Positions 34,481-44,708 of a DNA stretch of 64,000 nucleotides are shown piece after piece. The first letter of the stretch is position 1; every line of letters begins with the position of its first letter. The position numbers were made by a program, and so were the translations under genes. Under the pieces are notes generated by a model that did no database searches, was not told where the DNA came from, and was given only the letters and a program-made list of their open reading frames with translations. The DNA is taken from contig CAWGAA010000001.1 in assembly GCA_963820525.1 (NCBI GenBank), positions 1,024,001-1,088,000 on the forward strand, in the 5' to 3' direction. Source of the stretch: an uncultured Spirochaetota bacterium (GTDB lineage Bacteria > Spirochaetota > Spirochaetia > SZUA-6 > Fen-1364).

Positions 34481-35011
34481 TTATAGCTCCCGGTCTATCA
34501 GAAGGGAGCCGACGGCCTGCGTGGGAGTGCCATGGCGGGTATAGATCTTGCCCCGTCGATGGGGGAAGATTCCTTCGAGGACGCGGTTCAAGGTATCGCC
34601 CATAGTCTCCGTAGAATAGCGAAGCCGTCCGGTAGCGCTTCTGAGGCGGAAGATGGAGGACCGAAGCCCGCGCCAGCTCTCGTCCAGGGCGCTCCTCTCC
34701 TCGGCTCCAATGCGGGAAAGCACGGCCGCGAAGGGCTCTTCCGAGGGCGCGCCGACGGCGCTCTTCAGTGAAGCGAAGGCGGCGTCGCGCACATGGTCCG
34801 CGGCCTCGATCTCGCGGGCCGAGCTCTCGAACCCCTGGGCGATTGTGAGGCTTTCGGTCCACTTCTTGGCCTGGAAAGACTCCCCGAGCCTGTCCATCTG
34901 CGTGCACAGGCGGGTAAACAGCTCCGCCTCCCGGTCCATTCCCTTGCGCAGCTCGAGGACGGGAGCGCGGCCGCCATCCGGCGATTCCAGAGCGGTATTC
35001 TGCTCATCCAT
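34481..35011 (-). CDS. FlgN-like export chaperone
   Basis: Helical ORF directly upstream of flgK with a C-terminal Y..G motif; SD GAGG. Confidence 0.65.
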   Translation of the reverse strand: MDEQNTALESPDGGRAPVLELRKGMDREAELFTRLCTQMDRLGESFQAKKWTESLTIAQGFESSAREIEAADHVRDAAFASLKSAVGAPSEEPFAAVLSRIGAEERSALDESWRGLRSSIFRLRSATGRLRYSTETMGDTLNRVLEGIFPHRRGKIYTRHGTPTQAVGSLLIDREL

Positions 35012-35033
35012 TGGTTTTTCCTCTCTCCCTTCA

Positions 35034-35060
35034 ATGTCGGAAGAACTTTCCTTCCCATGA
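35034..35060 (-). promoter_or_regulatory. possible sigma28 promoter
   Basis: TCAT-N15-TCCGACAT upstream of flgN-flgK; partial match to TAAA-N15-GCCGATAA. Confidence 0.4.
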
Positions 35061-35098
35061 GCGCGGGATTTTGCTATGTTAGCTGACTGGAGGAGAGG

Positions 35099-36034
35099 AT
35101 GAAGACGGATCGCGACCTCATTATCGTGGGCGCGGGTGCCGCGGGCCTGAGCGCCGCGCAGTACGGCGCGCGGGGGAACCTCACAACGCTGCTTTTGGAG
35201 GAGCTCGCCTCGGGCGGCCAGGCCCTCATCATCGACACCCTGGAAAACTACCCCGGCTTCCCGGACCCGGTGAACGGCTTCGACTTCAGCCAGAAGATGG
35301 AGAGCCAGGCCGTCAAGTTCGGCGCCGAGATCATGAACGCCACCGCCTCTTTCGTGCGAAAGGAGGGGGGGATCTTCGTCGTGGAGACCGACCGCGGGCC
35401 GATGACGAGCCTCGCCGTCATCCTTGCCACGGGAGCCAGGCACAGGCACCTCGGCGTGCCCGGAGAGGACGCATTCGCGGGAAAGGGCGTCTCGTACTGC
35501 GCCACCTGCGACGGCCCCTTCTTCCGCGGCAAGAGGATGCTCGTGGTGGGCGGAGGGGATGCGGCCTGCGACGAGTCGATGTACCTGTCCAACCTGGCAA
35601 GCTCCGTCATCATGATCCACAGGCGGGACCGGTTCCGCGCACAGAGGTCCCTTGCCGAGAGGGTGCTCAAGAACCCGAAAATCGAGGTGCGCTTCAACTC
35701 GGAGCTCAAGGAGATAACGGGCGACGGCGCGGTCCGATCCGTCAACATCCTCGACAACAAGGAGGGCAGGCGCTACACGGAGAACGTCTCCGCGGTCTTC
35801 GTCTTCATCGGCTCCATCCCCCAGACTGGGGTGGTGACCGGCGTCGAGTTGGACGAAGGGGGCTACATCCAGACCGACCAGAGGATGCAGACGTCGATCC
35901 CCGGGCTCTTCGCCGTGGGCGACGTCCGATCCACCCCTTTCCGCCAGCTCGTCGTTGCAGCCGGAGAGGGCGCCATCGCGGCCCACTGCGCCGGGCAGTA
36001 CATCGACGAGATCAGGGGAGAGGCGTACACGTGA
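35099..36034 (+). CDS. trxB: thioredoxin reductase
   Basis: GAGAAG, ENYPGF, SYCATCDG, GGGDAA, HRRD. Confidence 0.95.
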   Translation: MKTDRDLIIVGAGAAGLSAAQYGARGNLTTLLLEELASGGQALIIDTLENYPGFPDPVNGFDFSQKMESQAVKFGAEIMNATASFVRKEGGIFVVETDRGPMTSLAVILATGARHRHLGVPGEDAFAGKGVSYCATCDGPFFRGKRMLVVGGGDAACDESMYLSNLASSVIMIHRRDRFRAQRSLAERVLKNPKIEVRFNSELKEITGDGAVRSVNILDNKEGRRYTENVSAVFVFIGSIPQTGVVTGVELDEGGYIQTDQRMQTSIPGLFAVGDVRSTPFRQLVVAAGEGAIAAHCAGQYIDEIRGEAYT

Positions 36035-36855
36035 GCTTCCGCCTCCTCATCCATCCCAAAATGGAGGGCAGGCTCGCCATGGCGGTCGACGAGGCGCTGA
36101 TCGAAGCCGTGGGAGCCGCCCGGAGCGGCCCCGTGGCCCGCCTCTACGGATTCTCTCCTGCCACCCTCTCGCTCGGGAGGTTCCAGCCGGTTTCAGGGCG
36201 CATCGATCGCGACCTTTTGGAGAGGGAAGGCGTTGTTCTGGTGCGAAGGCCTACGGGGGGCCACGCGGTGCTTCACGACGATGAGCTCACCTACTCCATC
36301 ATCCTTTCCAAGGAAGAGGCGGAGCGCAGGCTGGGCTCCTTCCGCAAACGGGCGGTTTACGAGTTCGTGGCAGGGCTTTTGTTGAAGGGCCTGGAGAACC
36401 TCGGGATCAAGGCGACGATGAATGAAACCAGGAGAGGGGACATCAGAAACCCCGACTGCTTCGCCACCGCCGGAGAGTACGAGATATCCACAATGGAGGG
36501 AAAAAAGCTCATCGGGAGCGCCCAGATGACGACCCGCCATGCGATACTCCAGCAAGGGTCGATCCCAATCGCCAACCCCCTGGGACAGGTGACCCGCTAC
36601 ATCTCAGGCGATGCCCCGGGCAGCGGGCAGAGCTCCGGGCAAGGCTCGGGGCCGAGCGATCCCCGCCCCGCTTCCTCGCTCAGCGAGGAGGCAGGCCGAG
36701 CGGTCGGCTTCGAGGAAGCGCGTGACGCCTTTGCCAAAGCCTTCCGGGAAAGCCTCGGGGCCGTCGACTCGACGCTGGCCCCGGAGGAGAAGGAAGCAGC
36801 CTGGAAAATCCTCGGCGAAAAGTACGCAAACGACTCATGGACACTAAAGCATTGA
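36031..36855 (+). CDS. lipoate-protein ligase / LipM-like octanoyltransferase
   Basis: MAVDEAL, RRPTGGHAVLH, KLIGSAQ. Confidence 0.85.
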   Translation: MSFRLLIHPKMEGRLAMAVDEALIEAVGAARSGPVARLYGFSPATLSLGRFQPVSGRIDRDLLEREGVVLVRRPTGGHAVLHDDELTYSIILSKEEAERRLGSFRKRAVYEFVAGLLLKGLENLGIKATMNETRRGDIRNPDCFATAGEYEISTMEGKKLIGSAQMTTRHAILQQGSIPIANPLGQVTRYISGDAPGSGQSSGQGSGPSDPRPASSLSEEAGRAVGFEEARDAFAKAFRESLGAVDSTLAPEEKEAAWKILGEKYANDSWTLKH

Positions 36856-38669
36856 GCCTCGTGCTGTGCGTCCTGCTCCTTCTCATGGGAGGGCCTTCGC
36901 TTGGAGCCGAGGGAGGCGGGCCCGAGGACGCTGGGAGAGCCAGGGGAACGGCCCACGGCGCCGGCTTCTGGGACGCCGTAGGTGGAGCTACCGCGGACAA
37001 GGCTGCCGCGAACCAAAGCGGCGCAGCGGCGCAGGCCGACAGGATCGTCTCCTCGATGTCCGATGCCGACCTCCTCGGCCAGACGCTCATGTTCGGCTAC
37101 ATCGGAACCGATCCTTCACCCGCCATCATCGACTGGATCCGCGACCGGCATATCGGAGGGGTGAAGATCTTCACCCGCAACGTGGCGGACCTTCCGGGCC
37201 TGGCGCGGGGGGTGGCCCGAATGCAGAGCTTTTCCCAGGCAGGGGGCGCGCGCATACCGCTCTTCATCGCCACGGACCAGGAAGGCGGGTGGGTCCGCCA
37301 CATAAAGCTCCAGACATCAGTGTCTCCCGGAAACCTCGCCCTGGGCGCTTCGCGGCTTCCCCGCGACGCGTACCTCACCGGCGAATATTTGGGCAAGGAG
37401 CTTTTCGCCCTGGGCATCAACATGGACTTCGCTCCCACGGTGGATGTCTATGCGAATCCCCAGGCGAGCGTGATCGGGCCGCGCTCCTTCGGCTCTGACC
37501 CCGAGGAGACGGCCCTCCTGGCGGCCGCGTACGTGCGCGGGATGCGCAGCGCCGGCGTTCTCTGTACGGCCAAGCACTTCCCCGGCCACGGTTCGGCGGA
37601 CAAGGACTCCCACGGGCACGTTTCAGTTGTGAATGCCGACATGGACACGCTGCGCTCCCGCGACCTGGTGCCCTACCGCATCCTGGCCAAGGAAGAGGTG
37701 CCCGCGATCATGAGCGCCCACATCGCATTCCCCTCGATCCTGGGGGACCTCACGCCATCCTCCCTTTCTCCGTATTTCCTGCGCACCATTCTCAGGGACG
37801 AGATCGGATTCCGCGGAATCGTCATCACGGATGATATGGAAATGGAGGGGGTGCTGAACGGCGGGTTGGATGCCCCCACGGCATGCCGCCTGGCCCTGGA
37901 AGCCGGCAATGACATGGTGCTGATCTCGCATTCCCCGCCCACGCAGACGCGGGCCTGGGATTACCTTTTGTCGGCCATGCGCGCAAGGCCCGGTTTCCGC
38001 TCCACGGTGAAAGCCTCTGCTCGGCGGATAATTGAAACGAAGCTGAGATACTTCAGGCCGGGCGGGGGTGCGTCTGCGCTCATGGGGGCGCCCGCTGCGG
38101 CGGCCCCGGCCCCCGGAAAGGCCGAAGCCCACTCCTCCATGCTTGATGGCCTCGCCGCCGCAATTCCAGCCCCCGGCGCATCCGAGTTCTTCTTCCAGAG
38201 CTCCTGCCGAAGCGTCAGCCTGGTAGCGGGCCGGCTGGTCCCCCTTCGCCCCACTTCCCGCGAGAAGGTCCTCCTCTGCGGACAATTCGAGGAGTTCATC
38301 GCGGAAGGAAAGGCGCGCTATCCGAAAGCGGATACTCTGCTCTACCCATTCAATCCATTCTACGCTCCCCGAGCCGATGACCTGACGCGGATACCGGGCC
38401 GCTGCGGCGAATACGACACCGTGATATTCTGCCTGGCGAACTTCAACAGCCTCGAGATATTGAAAAAGATGAGGGGCATGGCAAGGAAGCTCGTCGTGAT
38501 CTCGGCGCTCACTCCGGTCTATCTCTCCGAGGTCCCGTGGGTGCAGACGGCGGTCGCGGTGTACGGAAGCGGCAGGGACTCCTTCCGGGCCGGGTTCGCG
38601 GTGCTGGCCGGGGACTACGCTCCCACCACGGCGGTGCCCGTGAAGTTCGAGGCAGCCGCAAAGAAATGA
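36837..38669 (+). CDS. secreted GH3 beta-N-acetylhexosaminidase (NagZ-like)
   Basis: Signal peptide, DQEGG, KHFPGHG, DSH, ITDDMEM. Confidence 0.88.
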   Translation: MDTKALSLVLCVLLLLMGGPSLGAEGGGPEDAGRARGTAHGAGFWDAVGGATADKAAANQSGAAAQADRIVSSMSDADLLGQTLMFGYIGTDPSPAIIDWIRDRHIGGVKIFTRNVADLPGLARGVARMQSFSQAGGARIPLFIATDQEGGWVRHIKLQTSVSPGNLALGASRLPRDAYLTGEYLGKELFALGINMDFAPTVDVYANPQASVIGPRSFGSDPEETALLAAAYVRGMRSAGVLCTAKHFPGHGSADKDSHGHVSVVNADMDTLRSRDLVPYRILAKEEVPAIMSAHIAFPSILGDLTPSSLSPYFLRTILRDEIGFRGIVITDDMEMEGVLNGGLDAPTACRLALEAGNDMVLISHSPPTQTRAWDYLLSAMRARPGFRSTVKASARRIIETKLRYFRPGGGASALMGAPAAAAPAPGKAEAHSSMLDGLAAAIPAPGASEFFFQSSCRSVSLVAGRLVPLRPTSREKVLLCGQFEEFIAEGKARYPKADTLLYPFNPFYAPRADDLTRIPGRCGEYDTVIFCLANFNSLEILKKMRGMARKLVVISALTPVYLSEVPWVQTAVAVYGSGRDSFRAGFAVLAGDYAPTTAVPVKFEAAAKK

Positions 38670-39493
38670 GCTGGAGGCCCGCGCTTCGAAGGGACATCAC
38701 CGGCGTGCTCGCGCTGGTGCTCCACGAGGAGCCGCTGTGCGTCTCCTTCACGGCGCGCCTCAAGGAACAGGCCAAGGGGTGCACGCTCTTCGTGAACGCC
38801 GAAGAAGATGGAGAGGTTCGCGAATGCGTTCTGTTCTCCTCCTATGGCCTTCTCCTTCCCGTTCTTCCCGGCTCCCATGAGGGGGAAGGCCTTGCAAAGA
38901 TACTTCGCGGGCTTCGGCCCGCGGTCCACTCGATCATGGGAATCGGCTCATGGGTGCAGAAGGCCGAGGCGCTCATCCCCGTGGATCCGACGACAAAGGT
39001 CGATTACCATCTCATGACGCTCTCCCGGAGGGATTACACCCCCCGCCGCTTCCCGATGCAGGGTTTGCGGGCCGTCAAGGCAACCGTTACCGACGCCGAA
39101 GCCCTCTTCCCGCTGCAGCGAAGCTACGAGCAGGAGGAGGTCGTTATAAACCCCTTCCTCTTCAACGATGCGCAGTGCATGCGTCTTTTAAAAAAGAGCC
39201 TGCGCGAAGAGCTCATCTACTTTGTCGAAAAGGGGGGCAAGCCCGTGGCAAAAGCGGGCACAAATGCCCGCGGCTTCGCCGTGGATCAGATCGGCGGTGT
39301 CTTCACCGTTGTCGAGGAGAGGGGAAAGGGATACGCCACGACCGTCATGGAGACGCTCCTGGACGCGATCTTCATGGAGAAGGAGGGCGCCTGCCTGTTC
39401 GTGAAGAAGCACAACAATACAGCCATATCCCTCTATGAGCGCCTCGGCTTCCAGACCGTCAGCGACTACGTGATAAGTTACTACGGGTTGTAG
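38666..39493 (+). CDS. GNAT acetyltransferase
   Basis: IGGVFT..EERGKGYA and N..AISLYERLGF; ATGA overlap. Confidence 0.85.
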   Translation: MSWRPALRRDITGVLALVLHEEPLCVSFTARLKEQAKGCTLFVNAEEDGEVRECVLFSSYGLLLPVLPGSHEGEGLAKILRGLRPAVHSIMGIGSWVQKAEALIPVDPTTKVDYHLMTLSRRDYTPRRFPMQGLRAVKATVTDAEALFPLQRSYEQEEVVINPFLFNDAQCMRLLKKSLREELIYFVEKGGKPVAKAGTNARGFAVDQIGGVFTVVEERGKGYATTVMETLLDAIFMEKEGACLFVKKHNNTAISLYERLGFQTVSDYVISYYGL

Positions 39494-39662
39494 CGCCGCC
39501 AGGCGTCCTGACCCGTAGCACCGGAGGCGAAGCCGGAGGTTCGCAGGGTTGTAGCGCCGCCAGGCGTCCTGACCCGTAGCACCGGAGGCGAAGCCGGAGG
39601 TTCGCAGGGCTCCAGCGCCGCCAGGCGCGCCGACCTATAGCGCTGGAGGTATTATGGGTTGT
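39485..39662. repeat. 61-bp tandem repeat (2 exact copies plus degenerate copies)
   Basis: 39485-39545 is identical to 39546-39606; a diverged copy starts at 39607 and the unit start GGGTTGTA recurs near 39656. Confidence 0.9.
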
Positions 39663-39676
39663 ACAGCGGCCTCGGC

Positions 39677-40789
39677 TCATCGGGGCCGCATCATCTTCTT
39701 CTCGAGCCGCTCTCTGCGCCTGCGGATCTCGCTCCTGGCGCGCCCGTCCAGCGGCAGCCCCCAGGACAGAAGCACCTCGACAACCTCGAGAGCCCGACCC
39801 GGATCCCGCGCCCTGTGCTCGTGGTACTTGGCCAGCTCCAGCGCGGCGAAGAGGCTGCGTCCCGAATCCACCATGGCAGCCCACACTTCGACGGCCTTCT
39901 CCCACTGGCCGCGGCGCTTGTACGCAAGGCTCAGGGGAACGCCCGTGTCGAGCTTTCCCTGGAGGAAGGCTTCAGCGAGTATGGTCAGCCCTGTCTCGCT
40001 CTCCCTGTCTATGAGGAGGGTGCCCAGGGCGCGCTCGTCCACGGGCGAGCTTTCCAGGTCTCCGGCAAGCAGACCGCCGAAGGAATCCCAGATGCGGGCG
40101 AGTGAGGTCACGTCGGTGAGATTATGCTCGAAGACCAGGGGGAGGAGGCCGGGAGCGCCCGAGCGGAGGAACTCGATGTAGGTCATGGGGATCTCTTCGC
40201 TTGCGATATCCACCTCGCGCGTGATCCCCAGGATGCGGCTCTCCACCGTTCGCAGGGTGCAGTCCCCCGTCAGGGGCCTCCACAGCCTGCGGGCGAGGTG
40301 CAGGAGATCGATCTGGTGGCCGAGAGCAAACTCCATCCTGTTCATGATGAATCGGCTGGCGAGCATCCGGCTGTCGAATGCCTTGCCGTTGTACGAGACG
40401 AACGCGCTGTATCGCGAGAACCTCTCCCGCACCGCCTCGAGGAACTCGGGCTCCCCGGGGAAATCGCTCAAGAAGAGCTGCTCGACGACGAGGTCGCCGC
40501 CCTCGCACCAGGCCGAGCCCATCAGGAATATCACGCTTCCCGCACCGCCTGAAAGGCCCGTTGTCTCGGTGTCGAAGAAGAGAAGCTCCTCGGGATCGCG
40601 GGCTTCAGGCGCGACCTGGCGCGGCCAGGGATGGACGGCGGCGCCGCGGAAACGGATCCGCCGGGAAAGCAGGAAGTCGCCCACCCTCTCCCATCCGGGA
40701 AAGGGATGATCCTGCCGCTCTATCTCCTGCTTCGGCCCCCGGGACTTCAGGTAGGAGATCCGCTTGGAGATGCGGGAATCTTCAGGCAT
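39677..40789 (-). CDS. YprB/MrfB-like RNase H-fold DEDD exonuclease with C-terminal TPR-like region
   Basis: FFDTETTGL, YNGKAFD, DLLH, HNLTDV; overlaps the helicase stop. Confidence 0.85.
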   Translation of the reverse strand: MPEDSRISKRISYLKSRGPKQEIERQDHPFPGWERVGDFLLSRRIRFRGAAVHPWPRQVAPEARDPEELLFFDTETTGLSGGAGSVIFLMGSAWCEGGDLVVEQLFLSDFPGEPEFLEAVRERFSRYSAFVSYNGKAFDSRMLASRFIMNRMEFALGHQIDLLHLARRLWRPLTGDCTLRTVESRILGITREVDIASEEIPMTYIEFLRSGAPGLLPLVFEHNLTDVTSLARIWDSFGGLLAGDLESSPVDERALGTLLIDRESETGLTILAEAFLQGKLDTGVPLSLAYKRRGQWEKAVEVWAAMVDSGRSLFAALELAKYHEHRARDPGRALEVVEVLLSWGLPLDGRARSEIRRRRERLEKKMMRPR

Positions 40790-43172
40790 CGTCGCGCACG
40801 GCGGAAAGCCAGGCCGCGAGGAACGAGCGGACCGCCTCCTTGCGGTTGAAAGCACTGGGGGCGAGGGGCGCAGCGGGCATGGGACCCGGCCGTACAGCGG
40901 GCGCAGGCTGAACGGGCACTGGGCCGGCCCCAGGCTCAGGTCGGGGCGCATCCTCCTCGGGAGGCCCGATGCAGGAGGGGCAGCCGCCCGCGCAGGCGCA
41001 CTGTTCCACAACCTCAAGGGCGCCGTGCAGGATCCGGACCATCGCCCTGAGGAATCCCTCGGAGAGGCCGATTCCTCCCGGGTACTGGTCGTAAACATAG
41101 AGGCAGGGGCAATCGAAGTGCGGGTCCCTGACCCTCTCGGATACTCCCAGATCTGCCGAGTCGCAGAGCAGAAACACGGGGGCCACCGTCTTTGCGAGGT
41201 TTCCCAGCCTTCGCATCACGCTTCCCTTGCTCTCCTCGGGCAGTGAAGCGAAGAGGCGCCCCGCCACGCTCGACTGGTCGAACAACAGGACCGCGGAGCG
41301 GGTGTGCATTTCATCGGCGGGGAGCGTGATATCCCCGTAGCCGATGTTCTCGTGGGTGTGGTATTTCAGCTTCTTGAACTTCGTGGCCTGGGTGCGGACC
41401 AGGATGTCGCCCAGAACGGTGCGCGCACCGGCTATAGTCTTGTCCTCGTCCTGATGGAGCACCTTTATGTCGGTCTTCACGATGGAGTCGGTGTAGTAGT
41501 CCGTGTCCGCTGACTCGACGAAGCACCTCCTGTTCTCCAGGTCCAGCTTTCTCACCACGAACTGGTCTCCCAGGTGGATGTAGATTGCGTTGTCGAAGAT
41601 GAGAAGCTTGGCCGACGGCATGTCCATCTCCCCGATCACCTCGTTCCTGCCCTTGGTAGTGTCCACGATGACCACGTTCTCCGGCGTCGAGGTGCGAAGG
41701 CTCACGTTCTCCGCCGGGTAGGATCTGTCCGCCCAGTACCACTTGCTTCCCGCGTGCCGGATCACCCCCTGCTCCGCGAGGAATTGGAGGAGATCCGCCG
41801 AGCCCTCTCCGAACTGCTCTCCATCCTCGAAGGGCAGCTCGAACACGGCGCATTTGAGCTGATCCGTCTGGATGAAGAGGTTTCCCGGGTCGATGTGGCC
41901 GGACTCGGGAGAGCGGGAAAAGAAGTACTCGGGATGCCGGATGATGAACTGGTCCGTGGGCGAGGATGAGGCGACAAGGATGGAAAGCGACACGGTGTTG
42001 CGCCTGCCCGCCCGTCCGGCCTGCTGCCAGGAGGAAGCGATGCTGCCGGGGAAGCCGGCGAGCACGGAGGCATCGAGGCCTCCGATGTCGATCCCCAGCT
42101 CCAGGGCATTCGTGGAGACCACTCCCTGGATCGTGCCGTCCCGCAGGCCCTTTTCTATCGCCCGGCGCTCGTTGGGAAGGTAGCCGCCCCGATAGGACTC
42201 GACGCGGATTCCATTGTTGTCCGTGTAGAAGTTCTTCAAGGAGTCCCGGATGTATTGGGCGATAAGCTCGGTTCGCACGCGGGAGCGGGCGAACACGATG
42301 GTCTTCACCCCCGCCTTGAGGAGCCGAGATGCTATGAGCTGGCTTTCAAGCACCACTCCGCGCCGGATGCCCTGCACCGCGTCCACGAGGGGCGGATTGT
42401 ACAGGACGAAGTGCCTCTCCCCGGAAGGAGACCCGTTGTCGTCGACGAGCTCGACCTCCTGCTCCAGTATCTTTGCCGCAAGCTCATGGGGGTTTCCGAT
42501 GGTCGCCGAGCAGCAGATGAACACGGGCCGGGTGCCGTAGAAGGCGGCGATCCGCTTCAGCCGCCGGATCACGTTGGTCATGTGCGAGCCGAAAACCCCG
42601 CGGTAGGAGTGCATCTCGTCGATGACCACGAACCGGAGGTTGGAGAGGACCTTGATCCACTTGGGGTGGTTGGGAAGGATCCCCGTGTGGAGCATGTCGG
42701 GGTTGGTGATGATGATCCTCCCTTCCTCCCGCGCCGAGATGCGGATGGAGCTGGGGGTGTCCCCGTCATAGGTGAAAACCTTTACAGGGATCTCCCCGCC
42801 CAGCACCACCTCGTTCAGCTCGGCCTGCTGGTCCTGCGAGAGGGCTTTGGTGGGGAAGAGATAGAGGGCTTTCGCCTCGGGGCTTTCCAGGAGGGTCTGA
42901 AGCACGGGAAGGTTGTAGGCGAGGGTCTTGCCGGAGGCCGTGGGGCTGACCAGCACCACGCTTTTTCCCGAGCGCACCGCCTGGAAGGTGACGGCCTGGT
43001 GGCTGTAGATCCTGTCGATCCCCCGGGCGTGGAGCGCTTCTCGGATCCTGCCGTCCACTTCCGCGGGGATGTCTACGTATTTCCCTTCCCGCGGCGGCAA
43101 GACCTCCCAATGGGTAACCCTCCGCGAGAAAGCCGGGTCCGATCTCAAGGACTCAAGAATCTTTCCAAGCAT
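40782..43172 (-). CDS. DEAD/DEAH helicase with DUF1998 (YprA/MrfA-like)
   Basis: PTASGKT, DEMH, SATIGNP, LELGIDIG, QQAGRAGR; C-terminal C..C...GCPSC. Confidence 0.92.
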   Translation of the reverse strand: MLGKILESLRSDPAFSRRVTHWEVLPPREGKYVDIPAEVDGRIREALHARGIDRIYSHQAVTFQAVRSGKSVVLVSPTASGKTLAYNLPVLQTLLESPEAKALYLFPTKALSQDQQAELNEVVLGGEIPVKVFTYDGDTPSSIRISAREEGRIIITNPDMLHTGILPNHPKWIKVLSNLRFVVIDEMHSYRGVFGSHMTNVIRRLKRIAAFYGTRPVFICCSATIGNPHELAAKILEQEVELVDDNGSPSGERHFVLYNPPLVDAVQGIRRGVVLESQLIASRLLKAGVKTIVFARSRVRTELIAQYIRDSLKNFYTDNNGIRVESYRGGYLPNERRAIEKGLRDGTIQGVVSTNALELGIDIGGLDASVLAGFPGSIASSWQQAGRAGRRNTVSLSILVASSSPTDQFIIRHPEYFFSRSPESGHIDPGNLFIQTDQLKCAVFELPFEDGEQFGEGSADLLQFLAEQGVIRHAGSKWYWADRSYPAENVSLRTSTPENVVIVDTTKGRNEVIGEMDMPSAKLLIFDNAIYIHLGDQFVVRKLDLENRRCFVESADTDYYTDSIVKTDIKVLHQDEDKTIAGARTVLGDILVRTQATKFKKLKYHTHENIGYGDITLPADEMHTRSAVLLFDQSSVAGRLFASLPEESKGSVMRRLGNLAKTVAPVFLLCDSADLGVSERVRDPHFDCPCLYVYDQYPGGIGLSEGFLRAMVRILHGALEVVEQCACAGGCPSCIGPPEEDAPRPEPGAGPVPVQPAPAVRPGPMPAAPLAPSAFNRKEAVRSFLAAWLSAVRDDA

Positions 43173-43356
43173 CCCCTCCCCCCGTCGGCAATTCTATCAT
43201 GGCCGGCATGGAAGAAAAAGAGACGCAGAGGGGGGAAAGGTGAGACGGAGGCGGGGCCTGGCCGGGAAGTCGTTCGCCGCCCGATACCGCCAAAAGTTCT
43301 GATATGGTCCTTGACCGGGGGCTCGTCTGGCTATTAGAATTCGATGTGAGACGGCC

Positions 43357-44637
43357 GTGGAAAAAATCACTTCCATTATCCTGGGCGGAGGGAGAGGATC
43401 GCGCCTGTACCCCTTGACGGCCAAGCGCGCAAAGCCCGCCGTTCCGTTCGGAGGCAAGTACAGGCTCGTCGACATTCCCATCTCCAACTGCCTGAACGCG
43501 GGACTCCGCCAGATCTACATCCTGACCCAGTTCAACTCCGCCTCGCTGCACACCCACATTTCCAGCACCTACAGGTTCGATACCTTCAGCAAGGGGTTTG
43601 TCGAGATCCTGGCCGCCGAGCAGACCTTCGAATCCAGCGACTGGTACCTGGGAACGGCCGATGCGGTGCGCAAGAACTTCTACCATTTCGAGGACCAGGC
43701 TCCCACCCACTACCTTATTCTCTCGGGAGACCAGCTCTACCGCATGGATCTCATCGAGATGCTCAATCGCCACGTGGCCGGCGGCTCGGACGTCACCATC
43801 GCGGCCGTCGCCATTCCACGGTCAAAGGCGAGCGGCCTGGGAATCCTGGCCGTAGATTCCGCCTATAAGATCCTCAAGTTCGTCGAGAAGCCGGATGAGA
43901 GCGACGACATCTCGGACATGAAGGTCCCCCAAAAGATCATCGAGCAGGAGGAGCTTGAAATCGGGGGGGACGTCTACCTCGCCTCCATGGGCATCTACGT
44001 TTTTTCAACCGCGGCCCTCAAAAAGGCCCTGGACAACACCTACACGGATTTCGGCGCCGAGATCATCCCCGCCTCCATAGAGCAGCTCAAGGTATCGGCA
44101 TACGTTTTCGACGGATACTGGGAGGACGTGGGAACAATCAAGAGCTTCTACCAGGCGAACCTCAACCTGGCATCGATCAATCCCGACTTCAGCCTCTACG
44201 AGGAGAACACCCCGATCTTCACCAACCGCAGGGACCTCCCGCCGTCCAAGATCAACTACAGCACGATCTCGCAGTCCCTCGCGGCCGAGGGATCGATCAT
44301 CACCAACGCCAACATCTCGAACTCCATCGTCGGCATCCGCACCCTCATCGAAAGCGGGGCGAACCTCGACGGCGTGGTATGCATGGGCGCCGACTACTAC
44401 GAGACCCCTGAGGAGAAGGAAATAAACAAATCCTCGGGCATCCCCAACCTGGGGATCGGCAGGTCCTCCATCATCAAGCATGCCATCATCGACAAGAACG
44501 CGCGCATCGGTGACAACTGCAGAATCGGAATCGACCCGGTCCCCCGCCCCGACGGCGACTACGAGCACTACTCGATCAGGGATGGGATCATCGTGATCCC
44601 CAAGGGGGAGGTGCTGTATCCCGGGACGGTGATCTGA
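43357..44637 (+). CDS. glgC: glucose-1-phosphate adenylyltransferase
   Basis: GGGRGSRLYPLT..RAKPAVP, GTADAV, FVEKP, ASMGIY. Confidence 0.96.
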   Translation: MEKITSIILGGGRGSRLYPLTAKRAKPAVPFGGKYRLVDIPISNCLNAGLRQIYILTQFNSASLHTHISSTYRFDTFSKGFVEILAAEQTFESSDWYLGTADAVRKNFYHFEDQAPTHYLILSGDQLYRMDLIEMLNRHVAGGSDVTIAAVAIPRSKASGLGILAVDSAYKILKFVEKPDESDDISDMKVPQKIIEQEELEIGGDVYLASMGIYVFSTAALKKALDNTYTDFGAEIIPASIEQLKVSAYVFDGYWEDVGTIKSFYQANLNLASINPDFSLYEENTPIFTNRRDLPPSKINYSTISQSLAAEGSIITNANISNSIVGIRTLIESGANLDGVVCMGADYYETPEEKEINKSSGIPNLGIGRSSIIKHAIIDKNARIGDNCRIGIDPVPRPDGDYEHYSIRDGIIVIPKGEVLYPGTVI

Positions 44638-44708
44638 CCCGCCGGGGCATGCTTCGGGACCTGGCCCGGCTGCCGCAAGACTTCATCGAGCACCGAAGGA
44701 GAAAGACC

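Noticed and set aside
39485..39662. CRISPR array
   Set aside because: The units are contiguous with no unique spacers, and there are no cas genes.
40782..43172. DISARM/Druantia-type defence system
   Set aside because: No methyltransferase or other defence partners; the neighbour is YprB/MrfB-like.
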